64,000 nucleotides of DNA from Candidatus Methanomethylicia archaeon (GTDB taxonomy: Archaea; Thermoproteota; Methanomethylicia; Culexarchaeales; Culexarchaeaceae). This document shows, in pieces, positions 9,923 to 19,617 of this stretch. Every line of letters begins with the position of its first letter. The first letter of the stretch is position 1. Under the pieces are notes generated by a model. It worked only from the letters and a program-made list of their open reading frames with translations, did not search any database and was not told where the DNA came from. Where the stretch lies: assembly GCA_038727515.1 (NCBI GenBank), contig JAVYVS010000001.1, positions 544,001 through 608,000 on the forward strand, given 5' to 3'. The position numbers and the translations under genes are program-made.

Positions 9923-11773
9923 CTAAATTTTCTCTTTTTCTAAAATACTCTCTGGATAAGCATTTAAAGCTTTAAACCATTTAATCAATGCATTCCTACG
10001 TTGATTGAAATCTTCTGGGAGTTTTAGAGGTCTCCCTCTAGCATCAATAACTATTCCAGCAGCTCCACCCCAAACAGTAGCCTCCCTCTTCTTGCCTGGA
10101 CCCATACCCACATCAAAATCTCCAGTGGGTTCTATAACTACATTAGCAGTTTCATCATCCTTTAGTGGTATTCTATCTATATCACCATAATTGACCACTT
10201 TTTCCACAGTTCTTCCATCAGGCATAGTTGCAGTAACTTTAACAGCTGGACCGGTGGATTTTGAGTGTCCATCAAGAGCTATAACCGTACCAAGTTTAAC
10301 TATACAATCTCTTTCAAAGATTTCCATAGCAGCCTTTGGATGAACAGTTGAGAGAACTCCTAGATGTGGCATCATGAATATACTATCACACATAAGTCTA
10401 GTAACACCTTTAGGTTGGAAGGCATCTATCAATATTAATGCAGCTTGTTGTCTACGTGGAGTATGGGATAGAAGACCTCCAGTACCACCAATTAATTGTA
10501 TATTCATCATATTAATGTATGTTTCAGTCTCCATAGATTGTTCAAATATATCTGCAATTGTCCTCTTCCTTTGAATTCCTCTTAAACCTCTAGCTAGAAG
10601 TTTATGATGTTCAAATCCAAGTCTAATAGCTTCACGTGCTACAGCATGTTCAACCATTAAATCATCTAATGTTTGAGGTAATGTAGTTGGTCTAATCATC
10701 TTATTAGCCAACCTATTTCTAACCTCTCTTTCATCAATTTCAAATGGAATCCACCTCATAATATTGGTTACACCAGCTTCCTTCAAAACATTCGTAATAC
10801 TGTAACTCATACCAAGATTTGCACTAACAGTCCTAACAAATTTACCATCATATACGGAGTAAACATTAGTTGTAGCACCACCTAAACCCACACCCAAAAC
10901 ATTTATCTTCCACATTCTTGCAATAGTCCTAAACATCATACCTTCACCAGCAGGAGTTGGCATAACTGGAACCATAACCCATTCAGTCAATTTATGATAA
11001 CCAGGGGCATGAGCCATAACATGCTCCATAAACAATCTATGAATAGCATCTCTAGCAGGTTCAACAACTTCAACTTCTAAAACAGGTCTTAAATTCTCTA
11101 CAATAGTTAGATCAAAAGTTTCCCCTAAAGTCTTTTTAATATGCTCTCTAGCATCCTTATTACCAGCATAAACAATTGGAAGCTTATATCCCAATCCAAA
11201 TCTAGGTTTAGGTTCAGCAGCCTTTATAAGCTCAGCCATTTCAACAACATGTTTAATGGTTCCACCATCAGTTCCACCAGCTAATAGAATCATATCAGGC
11301 CTCAAGAAACGCATACGCTCAATCTTCTTATGTGGAGGTCTACCATCATCAATAGCCATAACATCCATAACTATTGCTCCAGCTCCAAGAGCAGCTCTCT
11401 CAGCACTTTCCGCAGTCATAGTTTTAACTACGCCTGCAACCATCATTTGCAATCCACCGCCAGCACTACTTGTTGAAACATACAAATCTACACCAACATT
11501 GTTTCCCTGATATGGTATTATGAGCCCAGAGCCATCAGGTTTCAGTAGTTTGTGACCAGTTAATTCTTCAACTTCAGTTATAGCATTGCGTAAACCCATG
11601 GTAACATCTTCAAAAGGTTTTTCCACAGTGGTTGGAGCTTCACCAGCAACTATAAATCTCCAAACACCATCAACCTTTTTAAAGAGCCTAGCCTTTGTAG
11701 TCGTACTACCCACATCAGTTGCTAAAGCAACTTGCATACGTTCAACATCAAATTGAATAACTTTTTCACTCAT
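9923..11773 (-). CDS. Glutamate mutase L (GlmL/MutL)-like ASKHA-family ATPase, long form
   Basis: ATDVGSTTTKA (phosphate 1), STSSAGGGL, AERAALGAGA, LLAGGTDGG, YAGN, MPTPAG, GLGGATTNVYS (phosphate 2), RTVSANLGM, IGGTGGLL; ATG 11773 follows AGGTG RBS. Confidence 0.85.
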   Translation of the reverse strand: MSEKVIQFDVERMQVALATDVGSTTTKARLFKKVDGVWRFIVAGEAPTTVEKPFEDVTMGLRNAITEVEELTGHKLLKPDGSGLIIPYQGNNVGVDLYVSTSSAGGGLQMMVAGVVKTMTAESAERAALGAGAIVMDVMAIDDGRPPHKKIERMRFLRPDMILLAGGTDGGTIKHVVEMAELIKAAEPKPRFGLGYKLPIVYAGNKDAREHIKKTLGETFDLTIVENLRPVLEVEVVEPARDAIHRLFMEHVMAHAPGYHKLTEWVMVPVMPTPAGEGMMFRTIARMWKINVLGVGLGGATTNVYSVYDGKFVRTVSANLGMSYSITNVLKEAGVTNIMRWIPFEIDEREVRNRLANKMIRPTTLPQTLDDLMVEHAVAREAIRLGFEHHKLLARGLRGIQRKRTIADIFEQSMETETYINMMNIQLIGGTGGLLSHTPRRQQAALILIDAFQPKGVTRLMCDSIFMMPHLGVLSTVHPKAAMEIFERDCIVKLGTVIALDGHSKSTGPAVKVTATMPDGRTVEKVVNYGDIDRIPLKDDETANVVIEPTGDFDVGMGPGKKREATVWGGAAGIVIDARGRPLKLPEDFNQRRNALIKWFKALNAYPESILEKEKI

Positions 11774-11854
11774 CACACACACCTAATTAACTTAAACAAC
11801 ATTATAGTTATCAGCAATTTAAACTTTACCATTTAATCAACGGAATTTAATAAA

Positions 11855-12301
11855 TTATTTGCTTTTAACTTCAGAAGTTGATTCTACAGTTTCACTCTTA
11901 GTACTTGAGGTGCTGGAAAAACTTAATCTTATATATGTATTTTGAGCACACTCATTAATATTAGATCTCAACAATAGTATTTTAATAGTCCAAACTACAG
12001 CTATACCAGTACTAAGTATTATCAGATTAAACTCTAATAGTGGTAATATGACGATTAATGCAAATAATAATGCAGAAACACTTAATCTATAACCAAATCT
12101 TAAAAAGTCAACTTCATCTATAACATATATTTTCGCTTCACCAAAAATATCGCTATATATTAAATCGCAACCCCTCTCCTTAGAGATTTTTGTGTTAAGC
12201 CCTCTACGCCTCATTTCTTCAGCAAAACTCTTAAGAAATTCACTTCTCATACCGCCAATTTCTGGAAAAAGTCTTTCATTAATAGATATGCTAACCGACA
12301 T
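11855..12301 (-). CDS. Hypothetical membrane protein (two TM helices, Ser/Thr-rich tail)
   Basis: Hydrophobic hairpin LSVSALLFALIVILPLL...IILSTGIAVVWTIKILLL; fills the gap between same-strand genes. Confidence 0.65.
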   Translation of the reverse strand: MSVSISINERLFPEIGGMRSEFLKSFAEEMRRRGLNTKISKERGCDLIYSDIFGEAKIYVIDEVDFLRFGYRLSVSALLFALIVILPLLEFNLIILSTGIAVVWTIKILLLRSNINECAQNTYIRLSFSSTSSTKSETVESTSEVKSK

Positions 12302-12354
12302 TTAAATCCAAATAGTTTAAAGAATAAAGGATATAATAACGTTTGTGGTTTAAA

Positions 12355-14169
12355 TTACGTTCTAGAAACTTCAAAATTAATATTTAAACCAGAATCCAAA
12401 GCATTCTTTAAATATTTACCAACATCACTGGATAAATTAAAAACAAGTCTAGCTCTCTTATCACATCTATAAGACCCAAAATACTTTCCATCAATATATA
12501 AATTCACGTTTAACTTAGCATATTCACGATCAAAATAGAATATTAAACTACGTTTAGTCTCCCTATAAGAATAATCAATCTTAGAAGATTCAGTAAATTC
12601 ATCCCTCGCTTGAATCTTAATCCTAACATTAAACTTTCTTTCAAGTTCACTTATAATATTACCATTTCTACCAATTATATGTGGAATAACATTCTTCTTA
12701 ACTTTAACAATAACAAAATTATCAGATAAAACCTCCAATTCAGCATTAGAATCAAATCTTCTAATGAATTTCATTAAATCTTTAAAATCCCTTTCAGATC
12801 TTTTAACCTCAAGATCACGTTTAACTGGGAATATGACCGTCTCCTCACCAAAAGTATAGATTTCATATTCAACTTCATTAGTCTCAAAATCCCTAACTTC
12901 AACAACAGGTCTAGCTAAATCTTCATCCATCATACCATGAGGAACTTTAACCACCAAATCTAATACGTAAACCTTCTTAATTAAACCATCTTTAATAAAT
13001 ATGACAGTATCAATAACTTGAGGGATGACGCCAAGATCAATTCTACCAATAAATCTATGTATGGCATCTACGGGAGAAGAAGAATGTACAACACCAATCA
13101 TACCGACACCAGCAAGTCTCATATCAACAAAAACCTGGAAATCTTCAGTTTTCCTCAATTCATCAAAAACAGTGTAATCAGGTCGAACAAGCAATAGTAT
13201 TTCAGCAGTTTTATAAAACTCTCCTTCCAAAGGAGCGTATTGCGTAATTTCATCTCTAACCTGAAGATCCCTTGGAGCCTCCATAGTCTTCACTATAGCA
13301 TTCTTACTAGTACGGTAAAATTCAGCTAGAGCAGAGGCAAATGTGGATTTACCAGCACCTGGAGGGCCACAGATAAGTATACCCTCAGCTCTTTCAGCAA
13401 GCCTCCTCTTCAATTTATCTGATAAAGCATAATCATCAATAGAAACTTTAACTATAGGTCTAACGGCAGTAATCTCTAAACCATCGGAAAATGGTGGTCT
13501 AGCTATAGCAATCCTATATTCACCTAGTTGAATAACCATGGCACCACGTCTAACAATCTCTATGAAGGCATTACCATCAGAGTGGCAACGCTTTAAAATA
13601 TCTCTAATTATATATTCAAGTTCAGCTCTACTACAAGGTTCTTCTCTAATTTTAACAAGCTCCCATCTACCAGGTTTACCACGTTTAGCATAAGGTGGAA
13701 CACCCTCCTTCAAATGGATACTCATAGTATCACTAGTAAAAAAGTTTTCAAGTTTAATATGAGCATAACTTTCCTCAGCACCAATAAATCTAACTTTAAT
13801 CCCCTCAGCTTCAGAAACAAGAGATTGAACATAATCCATAGTATATAGGGTAGCATCATAATCTTTAGCTACATTTCTAATTAGAGCATCAATCCTACCC
13901 ATCTCAGCCATCTTAATATCATCAACAGAAGCAATTTCACCAACAAACTTTATAATAATATTTCTATCAGTACAAAGCTTCCTCAACCTAATTAGTTCAT
14001 CTAAACCCTTAAAACCACGTTCACTACCACTAGAAGCTTGTGCTTGCAATTCATCTAAAACAACCCTTGGAACTATAATTTCCAAATCCCTTAAATCTTC
14101 ATCTAAAATAATTTTCGAAAGTTTACCTTCCACTAGAATACTAGTATCCGGAACTATCCTATTTACCAT
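12355..14169 (-). CDS. PIN-domain ATPase with KH domain (PINA / MJ1533 family)
   Basis: N-terminal IVPDTS PIN, GPPGAGKST Walker A, KTMEAPRDL, RPDYTVFDELR, GVVH, KH IIGRNGNII; likely ATG 14169 after GGTG. Confidence 0.9.
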   Translation of the reverse strand: MVNRIVPDTSILVEGKLSKIILDEDLRDLEIIVPRVVLDELQAQASSGSERGFKGLDELIRLRKLCTDRNIIIKFVGEIASVDDIKMAEMGRIDALIRNVAKDYDATLYTMDYVQSLVSEAEGIKVRFIGAEESYAHIKLENFFTSDTMSIHLKEGVPPYAKRGKPGRWELVKIREEPCSRAELEYIIRDILKRCHSDGNAFIEIVRRGAMVIQLGEYRIAIARPPFSDGLEITAVRPIVKVSIDDYALSDKLKRRLAERAEGILICGPPGAGKSTFASALAEFYRTSKNAIVKTMEAPRDLQVRDEITQYAPLEGEFYKTAEILLLVRPDYTVFDELRKTEDFQVFVDMRLAGVGMIGVVHSSSPVDAIHRFIGRIDLGVIPQVIDTVIFIKDGLIKKVYVLDLVVKVPHGMMDEDLARPVVEVRDFETNEVEYEIYTFGEETVIFPVKRDLEVKRSERDFKDLMKFIRRFDSNAELEVLSDNFVIVKVKKNVIPHIIGRNGNIISELERKFNVRIKIQARDEFTESSKIDYSYRETKRSLIFYFDREYAKLNVNLYIDGKYFGSYRCDKRARLVFNLSSDVGKYLKNALDSGLNINFEVSRT

Positions 14170-14218
14170 AACATTCAAGCACCTTAAAGAAGAAGATGAT
14201 ACTATCAAACTAATAAAT

Positions 14219-14911
14219 TTATACCCTTGAAATACTAATCATCCTTATAACATCAGCAGTATCTTCAGCTTTATCAGCAGCAGCCTCAATATTTTCAACA
14301 GCTTCTTTAATCATAAGCCATCTACTAATCTTAGGATAAGTTTCACCCCATTCTAATATCAACATTATCAATTCAACTCTACGCTCATCTATTTCCTCCT
14401 CTAACCTCTCAACTTCTTCAGCTACATCAATAGCTTTAATTGGATTTTCAATAAGAGTATTAAAGGCATCCCTAAGCTTCAATGTTATATTATACGATAA
14501 ATCAGCAAGCAGTTTTAAACCATCAACAATCCCTTTAGGAAGCAATACACCTTTAGCCATGGAAAGCTTTCTACCAGCAGATTTAGCATTTGAAGCAATG
14601 TCATCAGCAGTTAAAATTAAATTCATAATTTCCTCTTTATCAGAAGGATGAAATGGACCTTTAGAAAGTTCATTGAGAATCTTCTCTTTAACATCATCAG
14701 CATCCCTCTCCCTTTGAAAAACAATCTTAAAGACATTGTCAACTTTATTAAAATCATTATCACAAAATGCATAAATAAGATCTCTTAAAGCTGAAACAGT
14801 TGATAAAATACATTCTATATGAACTCTAACAATATTTAAAATTTCCAATTCACGCTTCCTACCAAACCATAGAGCAGGATATGTTGGTTTAAAGTCCAAA
14901 TAATCCACCAC
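14219..14911 (-). CDS. DUF47/PhoU-like phosphate transport regulator
   Basis: ERDADD...ADDIA and EEEIDE...ADKAED repeats; divergent from pit. Confidence 0.85.
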   Translation of the reverse strand: MVDYLDFKPTYPALWFGRKRELEILNIVRVHIECILSTVSALRDLIYAFCDNDFNKVDNVFKIVFQRERDADDVKEKILNELSKGPFHPSDKEEIMNLILTADDIASNAKSAGRKLSMAKGVLLPKGIVDGLKLLADLSYNITLKLRDAFNTLIENPIKAIDVAEEVERLEEEIDERRVELIMLILEWGETYPKISRWLMIKEAVENIEAAADKAEDTADVIRMISISRV

Positions 14912-15004
14912 TTAAATAAAATACAACTAAATCATAATATAAGGATTTTCATTAAAAACGAAAAATCTTTAAACAATACCTATCGAAATAAATGAGAAAT
15001 ATCA

Positions 15005-16057
15005 GTGATTAATGAGGCGGGTGTATTGATTGATACAGTAATGATACTATTGACCATTGGATTACTATTATCATTCCTCCTCTCATTAAGTCTCGGTGCA
15101 AATGATGCTGCAACACCAACAGATTGCGCTGTAGGAGCAGGAGTAATATCAATTAAAAGGGCTCTATTCTTATTTGCAATATTCACATTTATAGGAGCAG
15201 TGACTCAAGGATTCATGGTAATTAAAACTATAGGTAAAGGTATAGTTAATGAAATAGATATTGTAGGTGCAATATCAATATCAATTGCAACATCTATATG
15301 GGTATTATACTGCTCATATAAGGGTTTAGATGTTTCAGTAACACATAGCAGTATTGGAAGTGTAACTGGATACGGCTTAATAGCCTATGGATTTTCAGGA
15401 TTAAATTATGATGTTATCAAAAATGTAGTTATAAGTTGGGTAACATCACCAATATGCGCAATATCACTATCATATACTCTATATAAGTTAACCATGAAAA
15501 TCCTAATGAATAAACCTTGGACATATAGATTGGAGAAAGTAATATCATACGGATTAATATTCTCATTATGCTTCTCAGCATACTCCTTTGGAGCAAATGA
15601 TGTTGGAAATGCTACAGGAGCATATGTAACAGTAGCTACGAAAATTGGTAAAATTCCAGATTATAATACAATGTTATTCTTGTCAATTTTAGGAGCTACA
15701 GGTATAGCTATTGGAGGATTATTCTGGGGGAGAAGAGTTATAGAGACTGTGGCATTTAAAATAACTAGAATTGATGCAATTATGGGTATGATAGCTGAAT
15801 TAAGTAATGCATTGGTGGTATATTTATTCACAACAATACCATACATGATATTTGGATTTGGAATGCCAATATCCACATCAATAGCAAGCAATTCATCAAT
15901 AATAGGAGTAGGATTAGCAAAAGATTACAAAGCAGTAAATTACAGGACTATTTTAAAATTAGTAATAGGGTGGTTATCAACACTCCCAATGACAATGCTA
16001 ATAACTGCCATAGTATACATAACTTTAAAAACAATTATTATGGTGCCTCAAATATGA
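15005..16057 (+). CDS. pit: PiT-family inorganic phosphate transporter
   Basis: Two GANDA/GANDV motifs, VSVTH, PISTS, multiple TM helices; start may be ATG 15041. Confidence 0.92.
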   Translation: MINEAGVLIDTVMILLTIGLLLSFLLSLSLGANDAATPTDCAVGAGVISIKRALFLFAIFTFIGAVTQGFMVIKTIGKGIVNEIDIVGAISISIATSIWVLYCSYKGLDVSVTHSSIGSVTGYGLIAYGFSGLNYDVIKNVVISWVTSPICAISLSYTLYKLTMKILMNKPWTYRLEKVISYGLIFSLCFSAYSFGANDVGNATGAYVTVATKIGKIPDYNTMLFLSILGATGIAIGGLFWGRRVIETVAFKITRIDAIMGMIAELSNALVVYLFTTIPYMIFGFGMPISTSIASNSSIIGVGLAKDYKAVNYRTILKLVIGWLSTLPMTMLITAIVYITLKTIIMVPQI

Positions 16058-16695
16058 AGAGAATAGTAATTCTTGGACCCCCTGGTTCTGGTAAGGGGAC
16101 GCAAGCAAAATTAATCTCTGAAAAATATGGAGTACCACATATATCAACTGGAGATGTATTAAGGGAAAACATATCTAAAAAAACAAAAATTGGGGAGATC
16201 GTTAGGGAATATATAGAGAGAGGAGAATTAGTTCCAGATGAAATAATAATTAAAATAACGATAGATAAGCTAATTGAAGCAGTAAACGTTAGTGGAGGAT
16301 ACATATTGGATGGATATCCAAGAACTATACCTCAAGCAGAAGCATTAGAGAAATCAATTATAAAACCAGAAATAGTAATAGATATAAAACTTAGTGAAGA
16401 TGAATGCGTTAGAAGATTAACAAATAGAAGATACTGCCCCAATTGTGGAGAAGTATATAATATGTTACTTAAACCACCAAGAGAAAACGAGAAATGCGAT
16501 AAATGTAATGTGAAACTTTTACAGAGGGAAGATGATAGAGAAGATGTTATAAGAAGGAGATTTAAAGAATATTACAATAAAACGAAGCCAGTAATGGATT
16601 ATTATAGAAGTATTGGAAAATTAGTTGAAGTTGATGGTGGTGGAAGTATAGAAGAAATTCATAAAAGAATATTGGAGATATTAAAGTTTACTTAA
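16054..16695 (+). CDS. adk: Adenylate kinase, bacterial type with Zn-binding LID
   Basis: MKRIVILGPPGSGKGTQA, HISTGD, LDGYPRT, LID CPNC...CDKC, QREDD; true start ATG 16054 overlaps pit stop (ATGA). Confidence 0.93.
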   Translation: MKRIVILGPPGSGKGTQAKLISEKYGVPHISTGDVLRENISKKTKIGEIVREYIERGELVPDEIIIKITIDKLIEAVNVSGGYILDGYPRTIPQAEALEKSIIKPEIVIDIKLSEDECVRRLTNRRYCPNCGEVYNMLLKPPRENEKCDKCNVKLLQREDDREDVIRRRFKEYYNKTKPVMDYYRSIGKLVEVDGGGSIEEIHKRILEILKFT

Positions 16696-17916
16696 TACTT
16701 CATCAATATCAATTGAAACTTCAATTGGTTTTTCAACTACACTTAAAGTTGTTGAAACATCCTTTAAACCAAAACCAGATATTACACATACAATTAAGTC
16801 ATTGGCATCAATAACATCAAATTCTCTAAGTTTCTTAACTAAAGCTAATGGAGCTGCAGCTGCAGGTTCAGCATATATACCCTCAAATTTAGCAATAGCC
16901 TTATATGCCTCTATAATCTCATCATCAGATACAGCTTCAACAATACCATTACACTCCTTCAAAGCTCTATAAAGTAGAGGCCAACCAGCAGGATTTCCAA
17001 CAGCAATAGCACTAGCAATAGTTTTAGGTTCTTTAACTACTTCAATAACTTCACTATTAGCTTTAAAAGCTTTAACCATAGGTGCACATCCTTCAGCTTG
17101 AACACATGCCATTCTAGGCATACCATTAATCCAATCAAAATCAACCATTTCTTTAAATCCCTTAAAAGCACCTATAGCAGCTGTCCCCATACCAACAGAT
17201 TGAATATACCAATCTGGAGCCTTCCATCCAAGTTGCTCACAAATTTCATATGCAAGAGTCTTTTTACCCTCCTGTCTAATGGGATTAATAACTCCACCAT
17301 TATATATCCAACCAAGCTTTTCAGCAACAATCCTAGCAATCCTACTAGCATCATCAAAAGTTCCATTCACAAGGAAAACTCTACTACCATAAATCATTAT
17401 TGAAGCAATCTTCTCCCTAGAAGCATATTTAGGTGCAAAAACTATACTTTCAATATTAGCCAAAGCACAATATGCAGCTTGAGCTACACCAGCATTCCCC
17501 GTTGAGAAACCAACCATACCAGGAGCTTTCAATTCAAGCGCTCTACTAACAGCTGCAGAAGAACCCCTATCCTTAAATGATCCAGTGGGATTAAGATACT
17601 CAAGCTTTAAAAATAGATTCTTTAAACCAAGAATAGATCCTAAACGCCTACTCCTAATAAGTGGAGTCCAACCTTCACCCATACTAACAATACAAGAATA
17701 ATTTTCAATAGGAATAAATTCCCTATAACGCCACATATTAAAATCTCTAATGGAAATTTTAGCTTTACTAACAATAGACTTAATATAATCATAATTTAAT
17801 TGAAATTCAAGTATAGAACCACAATTTAAACAAAAATTAATGTTTAAATAGGGATCAAATTCAGAGCCGCATTTAACGCATTTCAATGATTTAATTTTGC
17901 TAACCATAACCACCAC
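16681..17916 (-). CDS. thrC: Threonine synthase
   Basis: N-terminal CxxC...CxxC, MGEGWTPL, NPTGSFKDRG, STGNAG, EGKKT, EPAAA, SGFGLK. Confidence 0.88.
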   Translation of the reverse strand: MVVMVSKIKSLKCVKCGSEFDPYLNINFCLNCGSILEFQLNYDYIKSIVSKAKISIRDFNMWRYREFIPIENYSCIVSMGEGWTPLIRSRRLGSILGLKNLFLKLEYLNPTGSFKDRGSSAAVSRALELKAPGMVGFSTGNAGVAQAAYCALANIESIVFAPKYASREKIASIMIYGSRVFLVNGTFDDASRIARIVAEKLGWIYNGGVINPIRQEGKKTLAYEICEQLGWKAPDWYIQSVGMGTAAIGAFKGFKEMVDFDWINGMPRMACVQAEGCAPMVKAFKANSEVIEVVKEPKTIASAIAVGNPAGWPLLYRALKECNGIVEAVSDDEIIEAYKAIAKFEGIYAEPAAAAPLALVKKLREFDVIDANDLIVCVISGFGLKDVSTTLSVVEKPIEVSIDIDEVLSKL

Positions 17917-18029
17917 TAAAAAATATGCATAGAACTAAATAATAATAGTGGAAAATATATTTAAACAGTTATTTCAAGATCTCCAAAACGTTAAAAAAGT
18001 AGTTTTAGAATAATGGTTTATGGGTATAA

Positions 18030-19322
18030 ATGATTGGTGAAGGTTCACGTAAATTATATGAACGCGCAAAAAAGGTTACACCTGCAGGTGTAAGTTACGC
18101 AATAAGATACTTTGAACCATACCCAATATATATAAGGGCTGCAAAGGGATGTAGAGTTTATGATGTAGATGGAAATGAATACATAGATTACTGGGTTGGT
18201 CATGGAGCACTACTACTTGGACATAACCCACAAATAATGTTAAAAGCGTTAAGGGGGGCCATAGAAATTGGAACGCACTTTGGATTATCACATGAATATG
18301 AAGTTGAATATGCAGAACAAGTTGTTAAAATGATTCCAAGTGCAGAAATGGTTAGATTCACAAATAGTGGAACAGAGGCAAATATGTATGCCATAAGATT
18401 AGCTAGAGCATACACTAAAAGGGTAAAAATAGGAAAGATGGAAGGGGGATGGCATGGTGGATACGATGCATTACATGTGGCAGTAAATCCACCTTTTGAA
18501 AAACCTGAATCAGCAGGATTAACGGAGGAAGCAACAAAAGACACGATACCATTACCCTTCAATGATCTAGAAACCATAAGCAAAATTATGAGGAAAAATG
18601 AACTTGCATGTATAATAGTTGAACCAGTACTTGGCGCTGGAGGATGTATACCACCAGAAGAAGGATTCCTCCAAGGTTTAAGAGAACTATGTGACGATTA
18701 TGATACACTACTAATATTTGATGAAGTTATAACTGGATTTAGATTATCACCTGGAGGCGCACAGCAATATTATGGAGTATACCCAGATATAACAGTTCTA
18801 GGAAAAGCTGTGGGTGGTGGAGGATTAAGTATTGGAGCAATATGTGGAAAAAGTGAAATTATGGAGTTAATGGATCATACAAAATACAGGGATAAGAGTG
18901 AAAGGGTATTCCATGGAGGAACATACACAGCAAATCCACTCGTAAGTTATGTTGGAACAATAATGTTAAGGGAATATGAGAAAGGATACATATACCCACA
19001 CATAAATAGCCTTGGAAAGAAGCTTAAAGAAGAATTAGAAGAAGTATTTCAGAGATACAATATAGATGCACATACAACTGGAGAAGGATCTATGGTTGGA
19101 ATACACTTTACAAAGAAGAAACCAAAAAATGCTAGAGAAGCAAATGAAGGTAAAAATGAAGAAATGGCGAAAGAATATCATAAATTCCTATTGGAAAAGA
19201 AGATAATAGTAATAAAACCAACATTACCACATACATTCATAAGTTATGCACATGGAGAAGAAGAAATAAACAAATTAGTAGAAGCAACAGAAGAATTTGC
19301 AAAGAAAATTAAAGGTAGATAA
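18030..19322 (+). CDS. hemL: Glutamate-1-semialdehyde 2,1-aminomutase-like class III aminotransferase
   Basis: DVDGNEYIDY, NSGTEA, GGWHG, LIFDEVITGFR, LGKAVGGG, GGTYTANP. Confidence 0.75.
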   Translation: MIGEGSRKLYERAKKVTPAGVSYAIRYFEPYPIYIRAAKGCRVYDVDGNEYIDYWVGHGALLLGHNPQIMLKALRGAIEIGTHFGLSHEYEVEYAEQVVKMIPSAEMVRFTNSGTEANMYAIRLARAYTKRVKIGKMEGGWHGGYDALHVAVNPPFEKPESAGLTEEATKDTIPLPFNDLETISKIMRKNELACIIVEPVLGAGGCIPPEEGFLQGLRELCDDYDTLLIFDEVITGFRLSPGGAQQYYGVYPDITVLGKAVGGGGLSIGAICGKSEIMELMDHTKYRDKSERVFHGGTYTANPLVSYVGTIMLREYEKGYIYPHINSLGKKLKEELEEVFQRYNIDAHTTGEGSMVGIHFTKKKPKNAREANEGKNEEMAKEYHKFLLEKKIIVIKPTLPHTFISYAHGEEEINKLVEATEEFAKKIKGR

Positions 19323-19328
19323 TTTAAT

Positions 19329-19496
19329 TCAACCCCCAAAAACATATTCACCTAAAATAGATGAACATATAGGACATTTCATGTGAAGCTTAGAACTACA
19401 GATATTACAAAAAATATGTTTTTTATTACAAACATAGACATCATCATATACAAAAAGTTTTTTCCCACATCTAATACATCGACCTAGTAACACCAT
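19329..19496 (-). CDS. Small stand-alone RING-HC (C3HC4) finger protein, 55 aa (below ORF-track cutoff)
   Basis: MVLLGRCIRCGKKLFVYDDVYVCNKKHIFCNICSSKLHMKCPICSSILGEYVFGG*; spacing C-x2-C-x12-C-x3-H-x2-C-x2-C-x7-C-x2-C; TATA-like TTTAAA upstream. Confidence 0.85.
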   Translation of the reverse strand: MVLLGRCIRCGKKLFVYDDVYVCNKKHIFCNICSSKLHMKCPICSSILGEYVFGG

Positions 19497-19523
19497 AAAA
19501 ATCCCTATAACAATATAGATAGT

Positions 19524-19533
19524 AAAATTTAAA
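19524..19533 (-). promoter_or_regulatory. Putative TATA box of the RING gene
   Basis: Minus-strand TTTAAATTTT about 28-37 nt upstream of ATG 19496. Confidence 0.4.
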
Positions 19534-19617
19534 CATAACCTAAGAATTGATTACCAAATTATCCTTTAGAAATAAAAGAGCAAAAAAGATATAACAAGAT
19601 TAAATTAAGCAATAAAT

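Noticed and set aside
6566-11773. One continuous operon from the GlmL-like gene through lysA
   Set aside because: The 61-nt gap at 8694-8754 has T-rich tracts and a TTTAAA box on the minus strand, so dppA-lysA may be separately transcribed; treated as separate findings
12355-14169. PIN domain as a VapC toxin or VirB11 secretion ATPase system
   Set aside because: PIN-ATPase-KH architecture matches the conserved archaeal PINA family; no antitoxin or pilus genes adjacent
15970-16053. N-terminal extension of adk in the ORF track
   Set aside because: It overlaps the pit coding region; the conserved Adk N-terminus starts at ATG 16054
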